From IMG/VR virus record IMGVR_UViG_3300036940_000134, positions 1 to 27,299 of that record: a stretch of 27,299 bases of DNA; one strand, 5' to 3'. Source of the DNA: a virus. Taxonomy: Duplodnaviria; Caudoviricetes. Position numbers and translations under genes: made by a program. The notes under the pieces are model-generated. The model saw only the letters and a program-made list of their open reading frames with translations, was not told where the DNA came from and searched no databases. Below are positions 7,720 through 16,117 of this stretch, piece after piece (the stretch's first letter is position 1; each line of letters opens with the position of its first letter).

Positions 7720-8312
7720 CACTCACCCTCCATTTCTTTAATTTTCAATCTAGCTTGTGCTAACATTACATTTTGCTTTTTAATAGTTTCATTTCTATCA
7801 CGTAATTCCCTCTCAAATGAATAATAGTCAGCTTTGTACTCTTTTGTCATTTCCATTCTCAATCTATATTCCTCTTTCTGTCTATACATAGTTTGGAGAG
7901 AATTTTTAGTTCTTAATAATTCTAGCTCCATAGAATTTAGGGTTTGCTTTAATTTATCAATTTGCTTTTCATTTATATCTTTGGAGACATAATATCCATC
8001 TTCTAAAACCTTTCTAATCACATCATCGCACCATAATTCGAAATCAATCGAGACGTACCTAGCAAAATTTAGTATTAATTTCTCGTGAATCCATGTACCA
8101 CTATGAGAACCAGCTAAAGTTGTTATCAATTCCTCCTCCGTAAAATTCGCGTAGCTTTGTAAACCTTTAATATACCTACTTGTATTGGCACTTCTTCGCC
8201 AGTTATCAATAGTTGTACGATTGGCTATACTGTTAATATTTAAATATAAACCATTTTCTCTTTGCTCGAATTTAATTTTCTTACCTTCAAATTCCATTGC
8301 TACTAAATCCAT
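7719..8312 (-). CDS. KilA-N domain DNA-binding protein with C-terminal coiled coil
   Basis: YLNINSIA, IDNWRRS, GTWIHEKLILNFARYVSIDFELWCD (KilA-N GTWxH...FAxW/Y.S.F..W signature). Confidence 0.88.
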   Translation of the reverse strand: MDLVAMEFEGKKIKFEQRENGLYLNINSIANRTTIDNWRRSANTSRYIKGLQSYANFTEEELITTLAGSHSGTWIHEKLILNFARYVSIDFELWCDDVIRKVLEDGYYVSKDINEKQIDKLKQTLNSMELELLRTKNSLQTMYRQKEEYRLRMEMTKEYKADYYSFERELRDRNETIKKQNVMLAQARLKIKEMEGE

Positions 8313-8493
8313 CCTTCACCATCCTCTAATATCAATTCTAATACCCCTCACGTCTCCACAGAGACATTTCAAACAACTTTCCTATAACTTATACCACTCA
8401 GACTATTAAATTGCTTAAATCGTATCATATTTTAATTTTCAGAATATTCGTAGAACGGTATACTTGTCTAACCATATTCATCTACCTGTCAGT

Positions 8494-8522
8494 ATAGTAT
8501 CATAGCTGCGAGGAAATGTCAA
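8494..8522 (-). promoter_or_regulatory. Leftward sigma70/sigmaA promoter
   Basis: TTGACA-17 nt-TACTAT with TGn extension; heads the leftward operon. Confidence 0.65.
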
Positions 8523-8575
8523 GTGGAAAATTTGAGATGGAGGTGGGGGTTAGGTCGGGGTGTCGTTAGACAAGA

Positions 8576-8655
8576 GTATATTATATTTATATAATATACG
8601 ATATATGTTAAAAAGGTTTAAGTATATTAAAAGGTTTAAGTATGTTAAAGAGTAT
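8576..8655. repeat. AT-rich palindrome and short direct repeats (putative unwinding element of the origin)
   Basis: GTATATTATA-TTTA-TATAATATAC (8576-8599), then TTAAAA(A)GGTTTAAGTAT twice plus a partial third copy. Confidence 0.7.
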
Positions 8656-8725
8656 CTTAAGGAAATTCCTTGTATGGCTAAAAGCCTGTAATCTCCATAT
8701 ATAAGAGTGCGAATTTATTAAAAGG

Positions 8726-8837
8726 AAAGTAAAGGTGTTTCTAGTGGAAAGTAAAGGTGAAGTCAGTTTTAAAGTAAAGGTATTTCCAGTAATGAAAGTA
8801 AAGGTATTTCCACAAAAGTAAAGTACCTTAGAAAGTA
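8726..8837 (+). repeat. Iteron array of a putative plasmid-type replication origin
   Basis: AAAGTAAAGGT at 8726, 8748, 8771 and 8795, AAAGTAAAGT at 8815, partial copy at 8832. Spacing 22/23/24/20 bp, directly upstream of a Rep_3-like gene. Confidence 0.8.
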
Positions 8838-8838
8838 T

Positions 8839-8867
8839 TTGACTTTTATTTATGATTGTGTTATAAT
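8839..8867 (+). promoter_or_regulatory. rep promoter
   Basis: TTGACT-17 nt-TATAAT with TGTG extension, abutting the last iteron. Confidence 0.75.
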
Positions 8868-8897
8868 GAATATATATTAATTTTTAAGGAGGGCAAC

Positions 8898-9689
8898 ATG
8901 GCTAAAAAAAAATATGATGCAATACCATTTAAAAAAGATGCAATCTTAGATAGACCTATAAAATTAAACCCATTAGAAGTGAGATATGGGATATTCGTAT
9001 TGGATAAGTTTTACAAAAACAGAAAATTGGCTTTAGCAAAAAAAACTAATGATTTTATAGAAACTAAAATGGTATTACTTGGTAAAGAACAAAAAGTTCT
9101 AGGTATAAGATGTTCAATAGAGGAAGTATTTGAATATATGCACGATAACCCAAATTATACAAAAAACTTTAATAATATTGATGAAGCTATTAATAAAATT
9201 CAAAGTGAAGCTTGGATTAAATATCACGATGATGAGAAAGAATGTACTAAGCCTTTAGTTTTATCTACAATAAAATATAAATATAAAAAAGAATATATTG
9301 ATATTTTAATTGATGCTCCATTAATAATAAGTGCAATAATAGATATAGAAAATAAAAAAGATGGTAGCGTTGTGTTTATACCACCTTGGATATATGGGAA
9401 AAGGTATAATTTAACTAGACATCAAATTAGATTATATGAATTATATTATTTATGGAGAGGAAATAATAATACTTGTGCTGTAGGTTATGAATATATTCAA
9501 AACTTTTTTGGCGTATCATATAAAAACATGGGAGCGTTTAGAATTGGGGCATTAGACAATGCAATTACAAAATTAAAAGATAGAAATATATTAAATGTAG
9601 AAATTGAACAAACTAAAGCTTCTAAAAAAATAGATGGAAAATATCTATATATAATTAAATTTGAGGTATTAAAAGGAGGAATAAAATAA
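8898..9689 (+). CDS. Rep_3/RepB-like plasmid replication initiator (two winged-helix type)
   Basis: LTRHQIRLYEL, IQNFFGVSYKNMGAFRIGALDNAITKL, K-I...IKF match the WH2 pattern of Rep_3 initiators. KLNPLE is near the N-terminus. RBS AAGGAGG; iterons upstream. Confidence 0.8.
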   Translation: MAKKKYDAIPFKKDAILDRPIKLNPLEVRYGIFVLDKFYKNRKLALAKKTNDFIETKMVLLGKEQKVLGIRCSIEEVFEYMHDNPNYTKNFNNIDEAINKIQSEAWIKYHDDEKECTKPLVLSTIKYKYKKEYIDILIDAPLIISAIIDIENKKDGSVVFIPPWIYGKRYNLTRHQIRLYELYYLWRGNNNTCAVGYEYIQNFFGVSYKNMGAFRIGALDNAITKLKDRNILNVEIEQTKASKKIDGKYLYIIKFEVLKGGIK

Positions 9690-9690
9690 C

Positions 9691-9801
9691 ATGATCGACA
9701 GACAAAAATGGTACAGAGAAGTATATTTAAAATCAGATCATTGGCAAGGCTTCACCAACTACTTGTCGAAAATAATAAAATTAGGGGGTACAGAATGTTA
9801 G
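9691..9801 (+). pseudogene. 36-aa ORF resembling the N-terminus of a small HNH endonuclease (truncated)
   Basis: RBS AGGAGG; MIDRQKWYREVYLKSDHWQ matches the Y..YL.S..W start typical of phage HNH proteins. No CxxC/HNH core follows. Confidence 0.45.
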
Positions 9802-10727
9802 TAGAAATTAAAGGTATTAGAAGTGAAATAGTGGATGAGGTAATTTATTTAAATTTAGAGGATGTTGCAAAAGGATTAGGATTTGAAAGAGAGCAGACAA
9901 TAAATGGCAAAATATATAAATCTGTAAGGTGGGGGAATGTTAGAGAGTATGTGGGTGATTTTCACCAACTGCTTGGTGAAAGTAGTATTATTGGGAACTC
10001 TAGAGCCATAAATAAGGATAGTATGATTTCCGAGCCTATGTTCTATATGTTAGCCATGAAGTCAAATTCTGATATAGCAAAAGAATTTCAAATTAAAATA
10101 GCTACTGAAATATTACCATCAATTAGAAAGAAGGGGTATTATTTAAAAGAAAATGCAACGCAACAACAAATTTTAGAAATGTCTAAAGAAATTAAAGAGT
10201 TGCAAATACAATATAAATATGAAAAAGAGGGTTGTTCTATTATGAGATCAGAATCTGATAGATATAAATTAGAGTTTGAAAAAATGATGTATGAAAATTC
10301 AAAATTAAAAAAAGAGAATGATATTTTAAAAAACAGCAATGATGAATTAAAAGTAAAATCAGATTTTATAGAAAATATAAAACTTATGAAAGAAATAAAT
10401 GATTTGAGAACTCAAGTTTCTATATTAAGAAAAGAATATAAATTAGAAAACTATCTTATAGATAACAATACAGTTAAAGATATAGCAAGGCTAGGAGAAA
10501 AGAAATGAAAATACAATTCTTTAAATAGAATATTAAAAGATGCGAAAGTTTTATATAAGGTTGGTGGACAATGGGTATTGACTGCACCATATGTGGGACT
10601 TGAATACACCAAAGAAAAAAGCTATGCCAATGATATAGGAACTTTATATAAGAATACTCAATGGACAGAAAAAGGTAAGAAATTTATATATGATTTATTA
10701 GTAGATTTACAATACATTAAAAAGTAG
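9795..10727 (+). pseudogene. Bro-N + coiled coil + KilAC(ANT) antirepressor; in-frame TGA at 10506-10508 cuts off the KilAC domain
   Basis: Bro-N: LNLEDVAKGLGF, VRW, ISEPMFYMLAMK, AKEFQIKIATEILPSIRKKG. The frame continues after the TGA as KYNSLNRILKDAKVLYKVGGQWVL...TQWTEKGKKFIYDLL (KilAC signature) to TAG 10727. Start ATG 9795 follows AGGGGG. Confidence 0.85.
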
Positions 10728-10756
10728 TTGACAAACTTTCACAACTATGATATAAT
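10728..10756 (+). promoter_or_regulatory. Consensus sigma70/sigmaA promoter
   Basis: TTGACA-17 nt-TATAAT with TG extension, upstream of HU. Confidence 0.8.
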
Positions 10757-10788
10757 ACACTCATAACAATAAAATTAGGGAGGAATAA

Positions 10789-11043
10789 ATGATTAAAAAA
10801 GATTTTGTAGACGAATATGTTAAAACGTATGGGGGAACTAAGAAAGATGCAAAGCAATATTTGAATAATATTCTAAATCTAATTGTAGCAGTATCAAAAG
10901 ATGAAGAGGTTGCATTTGCTGGATTTGGTAAATTTTACAAAGACACACAAGCTGAAAGAAGATGTGTATTAAATGGAAAGGAAATTGTAACACCTCAAAA
11001 GGAAGTTATTAAATTCAAAAGAGGTTCTAAGTTTGAGATTTAG
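10789..11043 (+). CDS. hup: HU-family histone-like DNA-binding protein
   Basis: MIKKDFV...TKKDA...VAFAGFGKF...AER...KFKRG; 84 aa. The arm tip is CVLNG instead of the usual GRNPxTG. Confidence 0.9.
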   Translation: MIKKDFVDEYVKTYGGTKKDAKQYLNNILNLIVAVSKDEEVAFAGFGKFYKDTQAERRCVLNGKEIVTPQKEVIKFKRGSKFEI

Positions 11044-11056
11044 TTAGTTGATATTG

Positions 11057-11085
11057 TAGGGAGAATTCATTTCTCTCTATATATA
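11057..11085 (+). terminator. Hairpin after HU (possible terminator)
   Basis: TAGGGAGAA-TTCAT-TTCTCTCTA; weak U-tract. Confidence 0.5.
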
Positions 11086-11109
11086 AATTAATTAAACGGA
11101 GGGGTAAAA

Positions 11110-12078
11110 ATGGAAATTAGAGTAAAGAGAGAAGTTGGAGATCAACTTAATGCAGATTTCAACTACATGGTGCAAAAGCAAGGTGTGGAGGTATATGAGA
11201 AGGTATCACAAGAGCCTGTGGTAGATTCTAAGGTGGATGTAGATGACTTAATAGATAAAGAGTGTCTTAGCAAATCAGAAGCCTTAGAAGAAGTTATAAG
11301 GAACAAAGAACAACTCATGGCTGATTATTTTAGGTCACTTCAAACGGGAGATTCTGATAGAATGGAAGAAATTAAAAAGCAAATTAAAGGCATATCTGAT
11401 AAAGTATATGAAGAGTTTTTAGTTGACTTGGATAATAAAATTATTGAGGTGTTGAAAACTTTAGATATGGATAAATTACTAAAAGAGAAAAAGGAAATGG
11501 AGCAAGGTTATAAAGAAAAAGTAGCACCTACTGTAGATAAAATTGAACCACCTGTATTAACTCAAGTTGAGGAAGAAATATTTTCAAACACGCCTGTGCA
11601 AACTACACAAGAAGTTGCCAAGATTATTCCACCACAAGTTGATGATGAAGGATTGGAGGAAGGGATTTACAATCCCAACCACTCACAGAATAGAAGTTTC
11701 TTATTAGAACAACTAGGAATAGGAGTGCCAGCGACTCCATCAAAACCTGTGATAGATGAGAGTGTTCCTGTATATGCAAGTATACAAGATGAAATGGAGG
11801 CACTAGGAATTAAGCCACCACAAAAGAAAGAGGAGAGAGAATTGGATACCGTTATAACAGAAGGTGGAAGAACAGCTACGCTAGATATGGATGGTAGAAT
11901 AATGGAAATTGATGGTGTGAGATTAGATGTGCAATTTTATAACTCATTAAACTTCTTTAAAAATATGTCACCCGATGAAGCATACGCATGGCAAGTTGAA
12001 AGTAATGAAAAAGAAGCTAAGAGAAATCATCCCAATTATGATGCAGAATCAGATAGTATCCTTAGTATAGTTAGATAA
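11110..12078 (+). CDS. Acidic hypothetical protein (322 aa), partly low-complexity
   Basis: RBS GGAGGGG; long ORF, E/P-rich centre; no recognised motif. Confidence 0.8.
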   Translation: MEIRVKREVGDQLNADFNYMVQKQGVEVYEKVSQEPVVDSKVDVDDLIDKECLSKSEALEEVIRNKEQLMADYFRSLQTGDSDRMEEIKKQIKGISDKVYEEFLVDLDNKIIEVLKTLDMDKLLKEKKEMEQGYKEKVAPTVDKIEPPVLTQVEEEIFSNTPVQTTQEVAKIIPPQVDDEGLEEGIYNPNHSQNRSFLLEQLGIGVPATPSKPVIDESVPVYASIQDEMEALGIKPPQKKEERELDTVITEGGRTATLDMDGRIMEIDGVRLDVQFYNSLNFFKNMSPDEAYAWQVESNEKEAKRNHPNYDAESDSILSIVR

Positions 12079-12110
12079 ACTGATGAATTTATCCAAATAG
12101 GAGTGTAATT

Positions 12111-12344
12111 ATGAATATTCAAAAAATAAAAAACAAGGCTAGAAAAATAGGGTACAGACTCGCAAAAAAAATAAGTGATGATGGATGTGTTTTTTCTGGA
12201 GGTTGCGAAATCGTTGAAATTTTAGGCGAATATTATCAGATTAAAGTGGATGTCGATTGTCCAAGAGAACTAGGCACTTATTCAATGTCGGTCAAGGGTG
12301 TTAATAATTATTTTAGATACGAGGACAATAACAATTACTTATAA
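12111..12344 (+). CDS. Hypothetical protein (77 aa)
   Basis: RBS AGGAG; operon context. Confidence 0.7.
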   Translation: MNIQKIKNKARKIGYRLAKKISDDGCVFSGGCEIVEILGEYYQIKVDVDCPRELGTYSMSVKGVNNYFRYEDNNNYL

Positions 12345-12428
12345 ATTCAGAAATGTGTGTGATGGATATGTTATTAATTGATTTTACGCCTTGTATTTAG
12401 AGGTGTAGGTATTTGATGGGAGGTTAGC

Positions 12429-12635
12429 GTGAAAAAAGCCATAGAAAAAGTTCAGGAGATGAAAAATTGTGAAGAAAAAGAAATAAAACGTCTATATAAA
12501 CTATATAAGAAACTAGAAGAAAAAGAGGATTTGCTAGAGCTTCAAAGAGTGGCAGGGTGGATTAATACAACAGTAACTGCTATCATAGCTTATAAATGCG
12601 TTATAGAAGAATTGGGAGATGGTGAAATCAAATAA
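12429..12635 (+). CDS. Hypothetical protein (68 aa)
   Basis: RBS GGGAGG before a GTG start. Confidence 0.7.
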   Translation: MKKAIEKVQEMKNCEEKEIKRLYKLYKKLEEKEDLLELQRVAGWINTTVTAIIAYKCVIEELGDGEIK

Positions 12636-12664
12636 AGTCAGAACTTTACAAATAGGAGGTAGAA

Positions 12665-12742
12665 ATGAAAATAGTTAAAGTCGAAGGTTGCATAAGTGAC
12701 ACTTGCGGAGATAATGTTGAAAGATATGAATTGACAATATAA
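12665..12742 (+). CDS. Very small ORF or gene remnant (25 aa)
   Basis: Strong RBS AGGAGGT, then MKIVKVEGCISDTCGDNVERYELTI*. Confidence 0.4.
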   Translation: MKIVKVEGCISDTCGDNVERYELTI

Positions 12743-12760
12743 TTTTAAAGGAGGTATTTA

Positions 12761-14047
12761 TTGAATAACATTACAGTACCTCCTATCCCACCTATTCAAA
12801 TTCCAACTACACCTATTGTTGTAGAAGAGAAGAATAAGAGGATTAGGAGTGAATTAGAAAAAGATTTTAAGAAGATGGTAAAAGATATGGGCAAAGTTTG
12901 TTATAGTTATTCTCGCCTATCTAGTATTCATCAATGCGAATATGAATATTACAAAAATTATATTCAATGGAATCGTGGCAAAGATAATGTGTATTCTTTC
13001 ATGGGAAGTATTGCACATGACACTCTCGAGGAATATACTAATGGCAAAATAACTAAAGAAGAAATGTCACCTAGATTCGATAAAGCTTATAGCAAAGCTA
13101 AATTAGCAGGATTAAAATTTCCTAGTGATAAAATTGAATCAACCTATATTGCAAATCTAAGGCTATTCTTTCAAGACTATGAAAAACCCAATGCTGATAA
13201 AATTATAACAGAGATGTTTGTTTGTGGCGTTTTTGGTGGAGAACAAAATAAGATATTCATGCAAGGCTTTATAGATGAGGTGTATTGTTATAAAGATGAA
13301 GATGGCAATCCATATGTCGTCATATCCGATCACAAATCATCTAGTAAATTCAAAACTAAAGACTTATTAAAATATGGTAGACAGTTAGCAATTTATGCTC
13401 ATATGTATACTAAGCTAACAGGTGTGCCTGTAAAGTATGTGCAATGGAATATGATGAAATACGTGGAATGTACTTTACCTTCAAATTGGCAGAAAGAGTT
13501 TGCTAAATTAACAGCAAAGGAAATCAAATCTGCATATGTAGAATTTGGTATGAGTACAGAAGAATTGAAAGGAATAAAAAAAGCAGAGCTAGTTGAAATG
13601 GGATTACAATATAAAGAACAAATATTAGCAAAGTATGGTTTTGATGATACATCTAAGAAGATAGTTTATGATAGAAAAGATGTAGGTAGTAAAATGGAGA
13701 GGCATTTTAAGGGTGCTAATGTGTCTGAGGATGTCATAGAAGAGTTTAAGTCACACAATCTATGGTCTAAGTTATCGGATAGTGTCAAAACAGAGCTGAG
13801 AGCTTTAGGTTTTGATGTGCAACCATATTATGAAAAATATGAGCTTACAGATGAAATTTTAGCTGAGATGGAGAATTATATTATAGATACTGTGGAATTG
13901 ATTGAGAACAAAGAAAGTCAACCCGAAGTTATGTATAAACCTATGGATATAATGAATGACGGAGGATTTTACTGTACGAATCTCTGTGGCCAAAAGGATA
14001 ACTGTCAACACTATAAACAGTATGTTAATGTTAAATTAAATTTATAA
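12761..14047 (+). CDS. PD-(D/E)XK RecB/AddB/Cas4-like exonuclease with probable Fe-S staple
   Basis: SYSRL..IHQC, GSIAHDTLE, E..., GFID, ISDHKS, RQLAIY, and three C-terminal Cys (YCTNLCGQKDNC). TTG start after AAGGAGGT. Confidence 0.88.
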   Translation: MNNITVPPIPPIQIPTTPIVVEEKNKRIRSELEKDFKKMVKDMGKVCYSYSRLSSIHQCEYEYYKNYIQWNRGKDNVYSFMGSIAHDTLEEYTNGKITKEEMSPRFDKAYSKAKLAGLKFPSDKIESTYIANLRLFFQDYEKPNADKIITEMFVCGVFGGEQNKIFMQGFIDEVYCYKDEDGNPYVVISDHKSSSKFKTKDLLKYGRQLAIYAHMYTKLTGVPVKYVQWNMMKYVECTLPSNWQKEFAKLTAKEIKSAYVEFGMSTEELKGIKKAELVEMGLQYKEQILAKYGFDDTSKKIVYDRKDVGSKMERHFKGANVSEDVIEEFKSHNLWSKLSDSVKTELRALGFDVQPYYEKYELTDEILAEMENYIIDTVELIENKESQPEVMYKPMDIMNDGGFYCTNLCGQKDNCQHYKQYVNVKLNL

Positions 14048-14058
14048 TAGGGGGTATA

Positions 14059-14331
14059 ATGGTACATTTGAGATATGATATGATAAGTGCTTTTAATAAT
14101 GAAGTAAATAAACATCCACAGCTAGTAATGAGAGAATTGGGTATAGCATATTTATATAGCGTACCACAAAGTATGGGTGATTGTTGGGAATTTTGGTGTT
14201 GTGAGAATACGCCAAATGAATTGCCATCATATTTAAAAGAAGCTGATTGGAATCCATATAATAGAATAGGGTGGGGCTTGAGTGAAGAGATGGCAAAGGA
14301 GATATATAGGAGGATTAATGAACAGAATTAA
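14059..14331 (+). CDS. Hypothetical phage protein (90 aa)
   Basis: RBS AGGGGG; HPQ.VM.ELGI...PQS.GD.W.FW.C pattern. Confidence 0.75.
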   Translation: MVHLRYDMISAFNNEVNKHPQLVMRELGIAYLYSVPQSMGDCWEFWCCENTPNELPSYLKEADWNPYNRIGWGLSEEMAKEIYRRINEQN

Positions 14332-14764
14332 AAGGTGGTTTTATACATTTCTAGTGGTACATTCTAAGAAATACAGAGGATTCTTAATAGAAGAATATGA
14401 GAGAGAGTTAGATGAGTGTATTGAATTGGTAGCACAAGTTGATATGAGTTTAGAGGGATCTAATGGAGAATATGCAAAATTTCTACATCTTGTTAAGAGT
14501 AGTACAGACGAGCAAATTTCTAATCTAGATGATACGCTATGTTTATTGAAAGATATTGAGGAGGGTATGTCTGTGAAGTTAGGTTTTATTGACATTGTAA
14601 CATTGGCTGTATCTATTTCTTTGATTGGATTAAAATTAACAGGATATATTGCATGGTCTTGGTGGTGGGTATTGAGTCCAATGTGGATTCCTTTTGCATT
14701 GCTGATTGCAACAATATGCGTTGTGGGAATTTTCATAGTGGTGAGAGAATTAATTAAAAAATAG
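14318..14764 (+). CDS. Membrane protein; C-terminal LKLTGxIxWSWWWVLSPxW phage family, possibly two fused genes
   Basis: RBS AGGAGG before ATG 14318. Second RBS GAGGAGGG plus in-frame ATG at 14567. Two hydrophobic segments in the C-terminal part. Confidence 0.75.
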   Translation: MNRIKRWFYTFLVVHSKKYRGFLIEEYERELDECIELVAQVDMSLEGSNGEYAKFLHLVKSSTDEQISNLDDTLCLLKDIEEGMSVKLGFIDIVTLAVSISLIGLKLTGYIAWSWWWVLSPMWIPFALLIATICVVGIFIVVRELIKK

Positions 14765-14793
14765 TTGACATAAAATAATGATTGTGTTATAAT
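14765..14793 (+). promoter_or_regulatory. Consensus sigma70/sigmaA promoter
   Basis: TTGACA-17 nt-TATAAT, TGTG extension. Confidence 0.8.
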
Positions 14794-14834
14794 TACATTG
14801 TTCAAAACAAATATAAAAATATATGGAGGTACAA

Positions 14835-16043
14835 ATGGAGAGATTATATTCAAATTTTAGTTTTACAGGGAAAATAGGGTTCAATGATTCATTACCAGAA
14901 CCGAAAGAAACAACAGGGGAATATTTTGGGAATGTGCAAAAAATAATTGATTATGGACATGCTAAAAAAGTTGTTACATACAAAGATGGACAACCTAACA
15001 GAACAGAAACTACGCTAAATATGTATGTTGAGGCAGATGGTGCTAGAGAATATCTAAGGATTAGATCATATGCTTCTGTAGATAGAAAGGCGACTGTGCT
15101 GTATAAAGGTGTAAATGATTCTGCAACATCTAGAATTGATGAGTCATTAGCTTCCGACCCTAAGATAGTTGATGGGTGTGCAGAGTTCTTAAAAAGAAAG
15201 ATTACATTTGATGGAAAAGAAATATTTGCAACTCTATCAGATGGGCACTATATGGCTAAAATGATGGAAAATATGGAATTGTTAAAAGGTAAAACATTTA
15301 CAATTAATGGTAGTGTGAATTATTATAGTGGTAAAAAAGGCGTTGGAATGAATTTTACTCCATCTTATATCAGACCTACTTATGAAAATGAAGAAGAAAA
15401 GCTTGAGATAAGGATAGCAACTCATATAATTAAAAACTCTACCGAATTCATAGATTATGATAAATTCATTACTCAACCTGTGAAGAAGATTCCATTTAAT
15501 ATATTCGTTCCTGTTCAAGAAAGAGGACAAGATGGTACATATGCCAATAAGATTGTTAAGACTAAAGATGTATTTAGCTTAGATTTAGACATAGTAACAA
15601 ATGCACAAGTCTACAATATGGTAGAAATGGCAATGAATTCTACTCCATCGGGTGAAGAGTTAGAACCTATGAAATATTATGTAACTGAATTGCTATGTAG
15701 GGTTAAAGGTGAGCAAGTCGGTGGAGAACTTACAGAGGATGCTCTGACTATGCAAGAGAAGTTAATGCACGCTACCGATCCTGTTAGGTATTCATTAGAT
15801 GAGATTAAGAAAATCAGAGGTATTAGACCTAAAACTTCTAAGAGTTATCTAATTGAACCAATGTATATCGGTGGATTAAAAATTGATGATGTGCAACCTT
15901 CTGATATATTCGGTTCGAAAATAGATGCACCTAAGACTATCACATTAGAACAAGCACAAGGAATGGTAGGGATTCCAACTCCTACACCTACTATGGCTAC
16001 ACCACCTAAGATGGGAATAGATATGTCGCAATTTCTTAAATAA
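14835..16043 (+). CDS. Putative single-stranded DNA-binding (multi-OB-fold) phage protein
   Basis: NFSFTGKI, FTINGSVNYY...NFTP beta-rich pattern and a flexible Pro-rich tail. Lies upstream of an AAA ATPase, as in SPbeta-like replication modules. RBS GGAGGT before ATG 14835. Function inferred. Confidence 0.5.
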   Translation: MERLYSNFSFTGKIGFNDSLPEPKETTGEYFGNVQKIIDYGHAKKVVTYKDGQPNRTETTLNMYVEADGAREYLRIRSYASVDRKATVLYKGVNDSATSRIDESLASDPKIVDGCAEFLKRKITFDGKEIFATLSDGHYMAKMMENMELLKGKTFTINGSVNYYSGKKGVGMNFTPSYIRPTYENEEEKLEIRIATHIIKNSTEFIDYDKFITQPVKKIPFNIFVPVQERGQDGTYANKIVKTKDVFSLDLDIVTNAQVYNMVEMAMNSTPSGEELEPMKYYVTELLCRVKGEQVGGELTEDALTMQEKLMHATDPVRYSLDEIKKIRGIRPKTSKSYLIEPMYIGGLKIDDVQPSDIFGSKIDAPKTITLEQAQGMVGIPTPTPTMATPPKMGIDMSQFLK

Positions 16044-16058
16044 TTAGTATTAGATATG

Positions 16059-16082
16059 GAGGGTTAGATTCGTCTAATCCTC
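16059..16082 (+). terminator. Stable hairpin (TTCG loop) between SSB-like gene and ATPase
   Basis: GAGGGTTAGA-TTCG-TCTAATCCTC. No U-tract, so it may be a processing or stability hairpin. Confidence 0.45.
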
Positions 16083-16117
16083 AAATGTAACATTAATATA
16101 TAAAGGGAGATGATGCA

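Noticed and set aside
8576-8599. Palindrome as a protelomerase (hairpin telomere) site
   Set aside because: Arms are only 10 bp with an asymmetric spacer, and no protelomerase is seen in the window.
8726-8837. Repeat array as a mini-CRISPR
   Set aside because: The 11-bp repeat with a 20-24-bp period is far too short; position before rep fits iterons.
12731-12760. TTGACA upstream of the nuclease gene as a promoter
   Set aside because: No -10 box at 16-18 nt spacing.
12761-14047. Nuclease as a CRISPR-associated Cas4
   Set aside because: No CRISPR context; stand-alone phage recombination nuclease is the simpler reading.
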